From Chloroflexota bacterium (GTDB lineage: Bacteria; Chloroflexota; Dehalococcoidia; Bin125): a stretch of DNA of 64,000 nt. Shown here in pieces: positions 26,902 through 36,513 of this stretch. The number at the start of each line of letters is the position of its first letter. The first letter of the stretch is position 1. The translations under genes were made by a program, and so were the position numbers. The stretch spans positions 11,016 through 75,015 of the forward strand of contig VXQT01000032.1 in NCBI GenBank assembly GCA_009838915.1, read 5' to 3'. The notes below the pieces were generated by a model. That model did not search any database, was not told the origin of the DNA, and was given only the letters and a program-made list of their open reading frames with translations.

Positions 26902-26942
26902 TCCTATCGCCGAGTGCTTCCGCGTCGCCCCGACACCGGATT

Positions 26943-28688
26943 TCAGTGCGAGCCGTTGCCGCCGATCGTAGATCGCTGCGGCCGGACTCTCGCGACCAGC
27001 GCAGGATCGTTGGCCCAGCCACCGCCGAACCTGCCATTGCCATTCGCACCGTTCGATGCGCCGACCGAGACCGGCGAACCGTCATGCCTCGGAGGCCCGA
27101 GCGCGCCTTCGGGTACCTCAGGCAGGTCGTGCTCTCCGGTTCGCAGACGCTTCTCCCGCAATGTGATCACGGCGAAGAACGCCACGACTCCGACACCGGC
27201 GGACAGCCAGAAGTTGCTCGTGATTGCAATGGCCAGCGCCTCCGGCAGCGCTTCAAGTACCTGCAGGAAGCCCGCTTCGCCGATCTGCGCCAACAGTCCG
27301 CTGCTCGCCTCCTCGCTCAGTAGCTGCGTCGGATCGGCGTGCGCCGCCAGATCTGTCGGCAGCCGCGCCGCGAGCTCGCTCGTCAGCCGACCGGTCACCA
27401 GCGCCCCGACCAGCGTCACGCCAATGATCGCGCCCATCTCCTCGAAGAACTGGGTCGCCCCCGAGACGGTACCCAACATGCTCTGCGGCAGCGCGTTCTG
27501 GGCCGCCGTCATCAGCGCGGGATAGAGAATCCCCAGTCCGGCGCCGAACAGGACCAGTCGCCAGATCACGTCGACCGCATCGGTCTCGGTGCTGAGCTGG
27601 GTCATCAGCCAACCGCTGATCACAATGATCACGGTCGCCACGATCGACATCGCCTTGTAGCGACCGGTCCGCGAGACGACTTGCCCGCCAACCGTCGCGG
27701 CGATCACCAACGAGATGATCTGGGTGCTGAGCAACAACCCCGACTCGGTCGGCGAGTAGCCCAGCACACCCTGCATGAAGTAGGCGAGGAAGAACGAGAC
27801 GCCGAACAAGCCGCCGCCGATCACGGCCATCACCAGCGCCGCGACGCGGAAGGTGTGATTGCGGAACAACGTGCCGGGCAGGATCGGCTCCCTGGCCGAC
27901 CGTTCGGCGCCAATGAACGCCAGCACGCCCAACGCGGAGACGCCGAACAGCACCAGCGTCTTGATGTCCAACCAGGGCGTCCCGGTCGAGACCAGGCCCA
28001 GCGCGAGCATTGCCGGCATCAGGGCCAGCAGCATCGCCCCTATCCCCAGCCAGTCGATCACTACCTTGCGCGGCGGCGGACGCAGCCAGGGCATGATGAA
28101 CGCGATCGAAGCGAAGGCCAGCGCGGCCAGCGGCAGGATCGACCAGAACACCCAGCGCCAGTTGAGTGCGTCGACAATCAGACCGCCCAGCAGCGGCCCA
28201 ACCAATCCGCCGACGCCGAAGACGGCGGCGAAGATGCCCATGTACTTGGCCCGCTCTGCCGGGGGAAAGAGATCTCCGGAGATCGCGAACGTGTTGCCCA
28301 TCAGCACGCCGCCGCCGATGCCCTGCAATGCGCGGAAACCGATCAACATCTCCATCGAGGTGGCGAACCCGGCCAGCGCCGTCGCGCCGGCGAAGATCAC
28401 CAGTCCCCCGAGCAGGAACGGCTTGCGCCCGTACACATCGGACATCCGACCGGCGATCGCCACGGCTGGCACCGAGGTCGCCATGAAGGCCGATTCCATA
28501 AACGCGATCAGGTCAATCCGGCCCAGATCGGCGGCCAGTACCGGCGTCGCCGTCGCCACGATCGAGTGCTGCACCGCCGACAGGAACATGACCACGACTG
28601 CGCTGCCCAGGATCACCATCTTGGTCCGGTGCGGCAGAGCAAATCCGACGGTCGCGGCGGTCGGCGTGGTAGGGGCGGCGTGAGCCAT
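26943..28688 (-). CDS. MFS transporter, DHA2 family
   Basis: GRMSDVYGRKPFLL motif and ~14 TM segments. Start taken at MAHAAPTT (codon 27 of the ORF-track model). Second DHA2 paralogue in this window. Confidence 0.8.
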   Translation of the reverse strand: MAHAAPTTPTAATVGFALPHRTKMVILGSAVVVMFLSAVQHSIVATATPVLAADLGRIDLIAFMESAFMATSVPAVAIAGRMSDVYGRKPFLLGGLVIFAGATALAGFATSMEMLIGFRALQGIGGGVLMGNTFAISGDLFPPAERAKYMGIFAAVFGVGGLVGPLLGGLIVDALNWRWVFWSILPLAALAFASIAFIMPWLRPPPRKVVIDWLGIGAMLLALMPAMLALGLVSTGTPWLDIKTLVLFGVSALGVLAFIGAERSAREPILPGTLFRNHTFRVAALVMAVIGGGLFGVSFFLAYFMQGVLGYSPTESGLLLSTQIISLVIAATVGGQVVSRTGRYKAMSIVATVIIVISGWLMTQLSTETDAVDVIWRLVLFGAGLGILYPALMTAAQNALPQSMLGTVSGATQFFEEMGAIIGVTLVGALVTGRLTSELAARLPTDLAAHADPTQLLSEEASSGLLAQIGEAGFLQVLEALPEALAIAITSNFWLSAGVGVVAFFAVITLREKRLRTGEHDLPEVPEGALGPPRHDGSPVSVGASNGANGNGRFGGGWANDPALVARVRPQRSTIGGNGSH

Positions 28689-28862
28689 CAGGAGTCCATT
28701 GGCAGGTTCCCGGCGGAACCTCAGACAGGCTCGAACATACCAGTAAACTTCGAGAGTCCGAAGCATCTCCGCCGCACAACTAGCGGCTTCGTGCGAAGTT
28801 ACACGCCTTCAAACGAGACGCGCTGATCGAGGGACGCCGACGCACGGCCTTAGACTCGCCGC

Positions 28863-30038
28863 ATGAGCAACCAACCGGACCGCAGCGACCTGCGCAACCT
28901 CCAGGACAAGACGGCTATCGTCGGCGTCGGTACGACCGAGTTCGGCGCCATCTACCGCGACCTCGATCCTGAGCGCTCGGCATACGAACTCGGGCTGATC
29001 GCCTTCCGCGAGGCGCTCAAGGACGCCGGACTCAAGCGCACCGACGTAGACGGCGTGATCGTCTCGCGCCTACCGCACTATGGGCGGATGTGCGAGATGA
29101 TTGGACTGCGACACCCGCGCTTCGTCAATGTGCTGCCCGGCGAGGGGCGACAGTCGGGCATCGCCCTGCAGTACGCGGCGCTCGCCGTCGCCAACGGGAT
29201 GGCCGATGTGGTCGCCTGCATCTACGGCAATAACGGTCGCTCGGCCGGCGCGAAGTACGGCGGCGAGAGCCGCGGCATCTCGACCCAGGCGATGTTCGAG
29301 GCGCCCTACGGGATGACCTCGCCCGGCGCGGTCACTTCAATGATGTTTCGACGCCACCAGTACCGCTACGGCACTACGACCGAGCCGCTGGGACATCTCG
29401 CGATCTCCAACCGAGCCAACGCCGCGCTGAATCCCAATGCCGTGATGCAGCGTCCAATCACAATGGACGACTACCAATCCGCGCGCTTCATCGCCGAGCC
29501 GCTATGCCTGCTTGACTACTGCCTGATCAATGACGGCGGCGTCTGTTTCATCGTCACCTCGGCCGAACGCGCCCGCGACCTGAATCACACGCCGGTGCTG
29601 ATTCACGCGACGTCTCAGGCGTCAGACATCACCCCCGTCTACGTGGCCGACGACTTCTGGCACGAGCCGATGTCGCAGATCGCGGACGACCTGTTCGCTA
29701 TCTCGGAGGCGCAGCGCGAGGATCTCGCCTTTGCGCAGCTCTACGACAACTTCACGCCGACGATGTTGTTCACGCTTGAAGGCATGGGATTCTGCGAACC
29801 GGGCGAAGGCGGCGACTGGATCACTTCCGAGCGGATCGGTCTGCGCGGCGAGTTGCCACTCAACACAGGCGGCGGACACACCAGCGAGTCCTACATGCAG
29901 GGCTGGGCACTGCACGTCGAAGCGGTGCGCCAGCTCCGCCAGGAGTGCGGCGAGCGCCAGGTCGACGACGCCCAATACGGCCTCTACGCCTGCGCCGCGC
30001 CGCTTGCCACCGGACACATTCTGCGCCGCGGTGACTAG
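28863..30038 (+). CDS. Thiolase-like protein (SCP-x/lipid-transfer-type thiolase)
   Basis: 391 aa. Thiolase fold with the C-terminal NTGGGHTSESY region. Paired with a DUF35 gene, as in BbsAB- or Ltp-type systems. Confidence 0.75.
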   Translation: MSNQPDRSDLRNLQDKTAIVGVGTTEFGAIYRDLDPERSAYELGLIAFREALKDAGLKRTDVDGVIVSRLPHYGRMCEMIGLRHPRFVNVLPGEGRQSGIALQYAALAVANGMADVVACIYGNNGRSAGAKYGGESRGISTQAMFEAPYGMTSPGAVTSMMFRRHQYRYGTTTEPLGHLAISNRANAALNPNAVMQRPITMDDYQSARFIAEPLCLLDYCLINDGGVCFIVTSAERARDLNHTPVLIHATSQASDITPVYVADDFWHEPMSQIADDLFAISEAQREDLAFAQLYDNFTPTMLFTLEGMGFCEPGEGGDWITSERIGLRGELPLNTGGGHTSESYMQGWALHVEAVRQLRQECGERQVDDAQYGLYACAAPLATGHILRRGD

Positions 30039-30050
30039 GGGGGACAACCG

Positions 30051-30491
30051 ATGACTACCGAATCACCGACTCCGGAGCTGAGTTACGAGAAGCCGCTGCC
30101 GCCGGTCCTTGAGTTGACCAAGCCGTTCTGGGACGGCTGCCGCGAGGGGATTCTGCAGATTCAGTTCTGCAACATCTGTGATCTACCCTGGTTCCCGCCG
30201 GCTGAGGCCTGCCCGCGTTGTCTGCAGGACGACTGGGAGTGGCGTCCGATCTCCGGGCACGGCACGGTCTGGTCCTGGATCCGGATGTGGCAGAGGTACT
30301 TCCCCGGCTGGTCGCCCGAGGAATATCCCTACACCGTCGCCCTGATCAAGCTCGAAGAAGGCCCCTACATGTATTCGACCCTGGTCGATATAGAGGACCA
30401 GGACGTCAGTTGCGACCTCGCGGTCGAGGTCGACTTCCGCAAGGTCAACGACGAGATCACGCTGCCTGTGTTTCGCCCGAGGAGCGCGTAG
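30051..30491 (+). CDS. Zn-ribbon/OB-fold protein (DUF35 family)
   Basis: 146 aa. Cys4 ribbon CNIC...CPRC followed by an OB-fold region (GTVWSW). Confidence 0.8.
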   Translation: MTTESPTPELSYEKPLPPVLELTKPFWDGCREGILQIQFCNICDLPWFPPAEACPRCLQDDWEWRPISGHGTVWSWIRMWQRYFPGWSPEEYPYTVALIKLEEGPYMYSTLVDIEDQDVSCDLAVEVDFRKVNDEITLPVFRPRSA

Positions 30492-31658
30492 CTAGGACCG
30501 AGTCGCCAACTCTCTCAGCACCTCACCCTGATGCTCCGCGAGCGCCGGGGCGGGACGAGTCGGGGTGGCAACTGGAGTTCCCTCGAAGTCCCAGGGTGGG
30601 GCGACCTGGCGCATGACGGATCCGTCCGACTGTTCCAGGTCGATGATGGTGCCAACTGCTCCCACCTGTGGATCCTGACTCAGCCGCTCGTAATCGTGCA
30701 TGGGGAAGGCCCAGCCGCCGTGGCGCTCCACGATCTCCATGACCTGCTCGGCGTCGAAGCCGGCGAATCCCCGTTCCCAGAGCGGCGTCAGTTCGGCGGC
30801 GTAGCGACCGGCGCCCCCGGCGCCATCGGTGCGGAGCTTGTCATAGTCGGGATGTTCGCGCGCCCAGCCCATGTCCAGTTCGTCGATCAACGACTCAAAC
30901 GCATCGCCGCGGATTCTCGCCAGCGAGAAGTAGATGGGCAAATCTCTGCATTGATAACCGTGGTCGGGTGGCTTGACGTAGCTGTCGAGATGGAAACCCC
31001 ACCACTCATCGGGGTTCGACAGCGCCACCCAGAGCGTCGAACGCATTGCGATCAGGCTGCCGAAGAGCGAGACCTCGACACGTTGGCCGCCGGTGGGACT
31101 TGACGGATCGCTATCGTCGCGGGCGTAGAGCGCGGCGCAGATCACCTGGATCGCGTTGTTGGCCGCGAAGACCGAGCCGATGTCGCTGCCGTGGCGCACC
31201 GGTGGCTCGCCCAGGTTGCCGAGCGACGATGTTGCCTCGCTCGCCATCTGCGTACCGATTTCCGATGCCGGTCTGTCGGCCCAGGGTCCCTGCGGTCCGA
31301 AGCCGGAGATGGCGCAGTAGACGAGGCCGGGAGCATTGAGCCGCTCCCAGCTCAGCTCCGCCGGCAGTCCAAACTTGTCCACCACCGCGACATCCGCCTG
31401 CGAGAGCAAATGACGGGCCGTCTCCACATCCTGGTCGGACGACCAGTCCAACACGATCCCGCGCTTGCTCCGATTGAGGGTGCGGAACACTGGCGAATCA
31501 TCATCGAGTGCGGGCGCCCATCCACGCGACCGATCACCCTGCGGCGGCTCGATCTTGACGACATCGGCGCCGGCGTCTCCCAGCGACATCGCGGTGTACG
31601 GCCCGGCGACTCCCCCGGCGATTTCCACCACGCGATACCCGTCGAGCGGTCCCGGCAC
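30492..31658 (-). CDS. Family III CoA-transferase (CaiB/BaiF family)
   Basis: GPLDGYRVVEIAGGVAGPY...GADVVKIEPPQGD N-terminus. Confidence 0.85.
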   Translation of the reverse strand: MPGPLDGYRVVEIAGGVAGPYTAMSLGDAGADVVKIEPPQGDRSRGWAPALDDDSPVFRTLNRSKRGIVLDWSSDQDVETARHLLSQADVAVVDKFGLPAELSWERLNAPGLVYCAISGFGPQGPWADRPASEIGTQMASEATSSLGNLGEPPVRHGSDIGSVFAANNAIQVICAALYARDDSDPSSPTGGQRVEVSLFGSLIAMRSTLWVALSNPDEWWGFHLDSYVKPPDHGYQCRDLPIYFSLARIRGDAFESLIDELDMGWAREHPDYDKLRTDGAGGAGRYAAELTPLWERGFAGFDAEQVMEIVERHGGWAFPMHDYERLSQDPQVGAVGTIIDLEQSDGSVMRQVAPPWDFEGTPVATPTRPAPALAEHQGEVLRELATRS

Positions 31659-31659
31659 G

Positions 31660-32877
31660 TTAGTCGCCGATCACCGGCGCGGGCTCGTCGGCAGTCGTGC
31701 TTCGCGCGGCCAGCTCATCGAGGATCTCGCCCGTATGCTCACCGGGCAGACATGCGCCGAACCAGCGAGCAGGTGTGCGCGAGAGCTCCCAGGGCGCGCC
31801 GCCGGTCCAGACCTTGCCCCAGCCTGAAGTCTCGACTTCACGCAGATATTGATTCTCGATCGCCTGTGCATGGTGCTGCAGGGTCTCAAAGGAGATCGGA
31901 TAGCCGCAGGGAACTCCGGCCGCGCTCAGCCTCAACATCCAGTAGTGCCTGGGCCGTTGGATGAATCCCGCCTGGAGCAGCGCCGCCAGTTCGACTCGCC
32001 GTGCCACGCGCTCACGGTTGGTGCGCCACCGCGGATCGGTGTCCAACTCGTCGATCCCCTCGACCTCCGCCTCCGATTCGCGCATCACGGCGGCGAAGCG
32101 CTGCCACTCGTCCTCACCGGTCACCGAGACGCCGATCCAATCGCCCCACTGACATTGAAACGCCTGATCGGGCGCCGTCGCGAACGCAGCCGATCCCTGC
32201 GGCTGGTGCAGTGCTCCGCTGCTGAGATACTCGGCGATCCGCCCGCTCTGCAGAGCCATGCCTGCGCGCAGCATGCCCACATGGATGCGCTGGCCCTTGC
32301 CGGTCCGCTTGCGCGCCAGCAACCCCATGAGCACGGCCTGCGCCGCGACATTGCCGGTGGTTGCGTCGATCTGCGCCATGTGCCGGTATACCTCGGGCCG
32401 CTCGCCCTCCGCACCGCTCACCGACCAGAATCCCGTGAAGTACTGCGCCTGGACATCGGCGCCCGGCTTGTCACGCATCGGCCCCACTTCGCCCCAGCCG
32501 GTGATCGCGGTGTAGATGATGTCGGGATTGACGGCCTTGACCTGTTCGTAGCCCACACCCATGCGCTCGGCCGCGCCGGGGCGCATGTTGATCAGGAAGA
32601 CGTCGCACGTCTGGAGCAACTCATAGGCCGTCTGACGGTCCGTCGCCGACTTCAAGTCAAGGAAGAGCCCGCGCTTGTTTTGATTCCAGGTCATGTAGCC
32701 GATCGACGTGCCACTGATCGTCGGTGGCACGCCCGCGCCCAGGGTGCGCGGATCGACCGAGGGCTGCTCGATGTGAATCACGTCAGCGCCCAGCGCGCCA
32801 AGCTGCGTCGATGCCCACGGACCCACCATCCACAGCGTCAAGTCAAAGACACGTACTCCGTCAAGCGGTCCGGGCAT
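31660..32877 (-). CDS. Family III CoA-transferase (CaiB/BaiF family), second paralogue
   Basis: GPLDGVRVFDLTLWMVGPW...GADVIHIEQP. It sits 1 nt upstream of the other CoA-transferase, so a heteromeric enzyme is possible. Confidence 0.85.
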   Translation of the reverse strand: MPGPLDGVRVFDLTLWMVGPWASTQLGALGADVIHIEQPSVDPRTLGAGVPPTISGTSIGYMTWNQNKRGLFLDLKSATDRQTAYELLQTCDVFLINMRPGAAERMGVGYEQVKAVNPDIIYTAITGWGEVGPMRDKPGADVQAQYFTGFWSVSGAEGERPEVYRHMAQIDATTGNVAAQAVLMGLLARKRTGKGQRIHVGMLRAGMALQSGRIAEYLSSGALHQPQGSAAFATAPDQAFQCQWGDWIGVSVTGEDEWQRFAAVMRESEAEVEGIDELDTDPRWRTNRERVARRVELAALLQAGFIQRPRHYWMLRLSAAGVPCGYPISFETLQHHAQAIENQYLREVETSGWGKVWTGGAPWELSRTPARWFGACLPGEHTGEILDELAARSTTADEPAPVIGD

Positions 32878-32926
32878 TGCAGCCTCCGTCCACGATCGCC
32901 GTCAGTGACCATGATAGGTCCGCCGT

Positions 32927-33244
32927 TCAACCCCCGCCGCGCTGAGCCTTGAGCATGAACCGCTCCAGGAGCGAGTCCAGATCCTCCTCCGACTTGGCCG
33001 TGAAGACGAAGAAGTGCTCATCGATCTTGGTCGGCAGCCTCGGGTGTATCGGCGCCTGTTCCGTTCGCCAGAGCACGGTCCACCCGTCGCCCGACATTGC
33101 CGCGTTGGGCCGGACCACCCCGTCCGGATCAGTCGCGCCCGGCTGCGGCAGATCGATGTCCGCCGCGCCCAGTTGTTCCAGATACTGGCGAAGCAACCAG
33201 ATCGGCACGCCGCGGAGCGTCATCTCTCTGACCGCTTGAGCCAC
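32927..33244 (-). CDS. Hypothetical protein (105 aa), first gene of the CoA-transferase operon
   Basis: The ORF has protein-like composition and no recognised domain. Same strand as the CoA-transferases, 49 nt upstream of them. Confidence 0.4.
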   Translation of the reverse strand: MAQAVREMTLRGVPIWLLRQYLEQLGAADIDLPQPGATDPDGVVRPNAAMSGDGWTVLWRTEQAPIHPRLPTKIDEHFFVFTAKSEEDLDSLLERFMLKAQRGGG

Positions 33245-33368
33245 CTCGGTCTCCTTGGAGTCCTTCGAAGTCGCGTGATAACTGCGTTACCGTACTGCGA
33301 ACCTCGTGTATCGTTACGCGATACGAGTGAATCCGTCGGCGGGGCGGATGCTCGATGAGGAGGACACG

Positions 33369-35363
33369 ATGAGCGAGCGTTCCTACTGGCAACGCATGAG
33401 CCGCAAGCGAATGAGCCGCCGCGGCATTCTCCGGGCTTCGGCCCGCGCCGGCGTCGGCGCGGCCGGACTGGCCCTGGTCGGCTGTGGGGACGATGACGAC
33501 GATCAGGCCGTGACCCAGGTCCAGTCGCAACAGCAACAGGACCAACCTCAGGCCCAACAGCAGGCCATGCAGCAGCAACAACAGCAGGCCATGCAGCAGG
33601 ACCAGGCCGATCAGGCAGCCCAGCAACAGGCAGCTCAGCAGCAGGCCCAGGAGCAGACGGCTCAGGAGCAGGCCGAGCAACAGGCCGCTCAGCAACAGGC
33701 CATGGTCTCCGACAAGAAGTACGGCGGCTACCTGATCGAGCAGTCAGCCAATGTGTACGAGACCTACGACGCGCAGCGCACGGTCGCCTCGCCTGTGCTC
33801 CAGGTCCTTGCTCGGGTGCAGTCCAAGATCCTGCGCTTCGCCCATCCGGACACGGGCGTCCTCGAGGGCGACCTGGCCGAGGCCTGGGAACTGCCCGACT
33901 CGACCACCGTCGTCTTGCACCTGCGTGACGGCGTGAACTGGCACTCGGACGGCCCCGGCGCCAACCACCCGGCCGCAGCTCCGGGCCGCGCGCTGACCAC
34001 CCAGGACATCGTCTGGAACATCGATCGCCAGCGCAACAAGCTGCTGGAGAGCGGCGAAGAGGCCGGCAACTTCGGCCGATCCGCCTACTGGGGCGGCGTC
34101 TCCTCGATCGACCAGGCCGACAACAGCGTCACCCTCAACCTGGTCGAGCCGGACGCAACCTTCGTCCAGGGCTTCGCCAACGAGTTCAACCTGATCAACC
34201 AGCCCGAACTCGTCGGCGGCACCGAAGACCAGTACACCGAAGTCGACGCCTCCAAGGTGATCGGCACCGGACCCAATATCCTCACCCGCTGGGACCCGGG
34301 CGAGGGTATCTCGGCCGTCAGGAACCCTGAATTCTACGGCCTGCCCAACAAGCCCTACCTCGACGGTTGGGTCTGGGTGCAAACCTTCCAGGACCCCAAC
34401 GCCTATCGGATCGCGTTCGAGCAGAAGCAGGTCGACTCGATGACCGACCCTGACCCGAACACGATCCTCGCCATCCACGACGACCTGATCGACGAGACCT
34501 ACCTCACCTTCCAGGGCGTCGCCAACACGGTGGCAATCTTCACGCCGTCGAACAAGGCGCCGTGGAACGACTTGCGCCTGACCCGAGCCATCGACCTGGC
34601 GACCAACCGCCGTCAGCTCATCCAGCAGCTCCACAACGGCCTGGGCAAGGTCTCCGGTCCGGTCTCCTGGATGCAGGAGGCATGGGCAATCCCGCAGGAA
34701 GAGCTGGAAACGATCCCCGGTTACCGTGTCGACAAGGACGCCGACATCGAAGAGGCGCGTGCGCTTTGGGACGCCGCCGGTGGACCGGACCTCGGACAGA
34801 TCGACTGGGTCACCTCCGAACTCTGGGCATCCCGCGCCGCATGGTCGGCGACGCCGGGCATCATCGCCGAGATGTTCAACCAGGCCTTCGGCACCGACCA
34901 GTTCAACGGCATCACCAAGCCCTACCTGGAGATCATCCCGTCCTGGATCGCCAAGGACTTCGACCCGTTCTTCAGCTGGATCCCGAACATCGAGATCCCC
35001 GACGCGCGGGCCGACATGATCGGCGCCTTCACCACCGGCGCCGGCTCCAACTACTGGGACGTCTCCGACCCCTACATCGACGAGACGTTGATCGCCGCCA
35101 AGCAGGAACTCGACTACGAGACCGCCTACCAGATGGTCCGCGACGTGCAGGCCTACGTGATGGAGCGCGGTCAGTTCGGTCGCAGCATCTGCTACAACTA
35201 CATCTACCCCTGGATCGGGTACAACTACAACAAGATCGAGAAGAAGACCGACGAGGAAGGCTGGAACTTCCTTGCCGTCAGTCTCCAGGCGATGGAGCAC
35301 TACCTCGATCTCGACGACCCGTCTGCGTCCGACCGCCAGGCGCCGTCGCCGGTTCCGCTCTGA
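33369..35363 (+). CDS. ABC transporter substrate-binding protein, family 5 (peptide/nickel/opine type), Tat-lipoprotein with Q-rich linker
   Basis: Twin-arginine/lipobox signal SRRGILRASARAGVGAAGLALVGCG, then a ~65-aa Gln/Ala-rich linker, then an SBP_bac_5-like body. Start ATG 33369 is tentative. Confidence 0.8.
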   Translation: MSERSYWQRMSRKRMSRRGILRASARAGVGAAGLALVGCGDDDDDQAVTQVQSQQQQDQPQAQQQAMQQQQQQAMQQDQADQAAQQQAAQQQAQEQTAQEQAEQQAAQQQAMVSDKKYGGYLIEQSANVYETYDAQRTVASPVLQVLARVQSKILRFAHPDTGVLEGDLAEAWELPDSTTVVLHLRDGVNWHSDGPGANHPAAAPGRALTTQDIVWNIDRQRNKLLESGEEAGNFGRSAYWGGVSSIDQADNSVTLNLVEPDATFVQGFANEFNLINQPELVGGTEDQYTEVDASKVIGTGPNILTRWDPGEGISAVRNPEFYGLPNKPYLDGWVWVQTFQDPNAYRIAFEQKQVDSMTDPDPNTILAIHDDLIDETYLTFQGVANTVAIFTPSNKAPWNDLRLTRAIDLATNRRQLIQQLHNGLGKVSGPVSWMQEAWAIPQEELETIPGYRVDKDADIEEARALWDAAGGPDLGQIDWVTSELWASRAAWSATPGIIAEMFNQAFGTDQFNGITKPYLEIIPSWIAKDFDPFFSWIPNIEIPDARADMIGAFTTGAGSNYWDVSDPYIDETLIAAKQELDYETAYQMVRDVQAYVMERGQFGRSICYNYIYPWIGYNYNKIEKKTDEEGWNFLAVSLQAMEHYLDLDDPSASDRQAPSPVPL

Positions 35364-35405
35364 TCCGACAACGTTCTTCGGCCACAACCAGGAACGAATT
35401 CACGG

Positions 35406-35440
35406 CATCCCCGCTGTTCTCGCGCAGAACAGCGGGGATG
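35406..35440 (+). promoter_or_regulatory. Strong intercistronic hairpin between the SBP and permease genes
   Basis: Perfect 15-bp arms CATCCCCGCTGTTCT / AGAACAGCGGGGATG with a 5-nt loop. No U-tract. Hairpins in this position typically stabilise SBP mRNA or attenuate read-through. Confidence 0.55.
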
Positions 35441-35532
35441 TCCGTTACCCTCAGTGAACGCTCAGCGAATCTATTCCCCGCGGATGGCAGCGTCCCGAAC
35501 GATGCCCATCAGCCGATTGCAGGACGAACGCG

Positions 35533-36489
35533 ATGCAGGGCTACATCATCCGCAGGATTATCGGCGCCGTGTTCGTCGTCTTCCTGGTCGGCACGTTCTC
35601 CTTCTTCGCAATTCGCGTGCTCCCGGGAGACTTCGCTACCGCGTCGCTGGGATTGGACGCCGGAAGCGCTTCTGCGGAGAACATCGCCCAGCGCAAGGCC
35701 GACCTGGGCCTCGATCTGCCGATCGGCGAGCAGTACGCCAACTGGCTCTGGGATACGGTTCGGCTTGATCTCGGCACGTCGTTCCTGACCCAGAACTCCG
35801 TCTGGTACGAGATCGGACGCTCGCTGCCCTATTCGATTGAGCTGGGCGTACTGATCATGATCGTCGGCTTCACCGTCGCGATCCCGGTCGGCCTGATTTC
35901 CGCCATCTTCCAGGACAAGGCGCTCGACTACAGCTTGCGCGGACTCGCCATCCTGGCGCTCGCCGCGCCCGTCTTCTGGACGGCGGCCATCGCCTCGCTC
36001 GTCGTGCTGCAATGGGACCTCTTTCTGATCGACGTGATCGGGCAACCGCATCTCTGGGAAGACCCCGGCAGAGCAATCACCTGGTACCTGATCCCGATGT
36101 TCGCCGGAGGCTTCGCCGGTACGGCCACGACAATGCGGCTGCTGCGCTCGCAGATGCTCGAAGTTCTGCGCCAGGATTATGTCCGCACCGCGCGCTCCAA
36201 GGGACTGACCGAGTCGGCCGTGATCATCCGCCACGCCCTGCGCAACGCATTGCTGCCCGTGCTCACCGTGATGGGCGTCACGATCGCGACGATCATCGGC
36301 TCGCAGGTCATCCTCGAGAACATGTTCAACATCCCCGGCATCGGCAACAAGGTGCTGACCTCGCTGTTCGCCCGCGACAACCCCGTCTTCCAGTCGGTGG
36401 TGCTGATCATCGCCGTCTTCACCGTGCTCACCAACCTCGTCGTCGACATCATGTACGGCATCATCGACCCGCGCATTCGGCTCTCGTAG
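35533..36489 (+). CDS. ABC transporter permease (DppB/OppB-like)
   Basis: MQGYIIRRIIGAVFVVF start and the EAA-loop region DYVRTARSKGL. Confidence 0.88.
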   Translation: MQGYIIRRIIGAVFVVFLVGTFSFFAIRVLPGDFATASLGLDAGSASAENIAQRKADLGLDLPIGEQYANWLWDTVRLDLGTSFLTQNSVWYEIGRSLPYSIELGVLIMIVGFTVAIPVGLISAIFQDKALDYSLRGLAILALAAPVFWTAAIASLVVLQWDLFLIDVIGQPHLWEDPGRAITWYLIPMFAGGFAGTATTMRLLRSQMLEVLRQDYVRTARSKGLTESAVIIRHALRNALLPVLTVMGVTIATIIGSQVILENMFNIPGIGNKVLTSLFARDNPVFQSVVLIIAVFTVLTNLVVDIMYGIIDPRIRLS

Positions 36490-36513
36490 CATGATTTTCG
36501 TAAGAGGACGCAG

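Noticed and set aside
27339-28826. 495-aa plus-strand ORF opposite the second MFS gene (likewise 4083-5411, 6500-7669, 8773-9762, 11748-12704, 16519-17775, 23297-24166, 37952-39121)
   Set aside because: All are extremely R/H/Q/D/P-rich with no TM or enzyme motifs. Each overlaps a confidently assigned gene on the other strand.
33520-33700. CAG/CAA-rich repetitive DNA as a non-coding tandem repeat or degenerate array
   Set aside because: It is in frame within the SBP gene between the lipobox and the folded domain. The repeats are imperfect and lack spacer/repeat periodicity, so I interpret it as a coding low-complexity linker.
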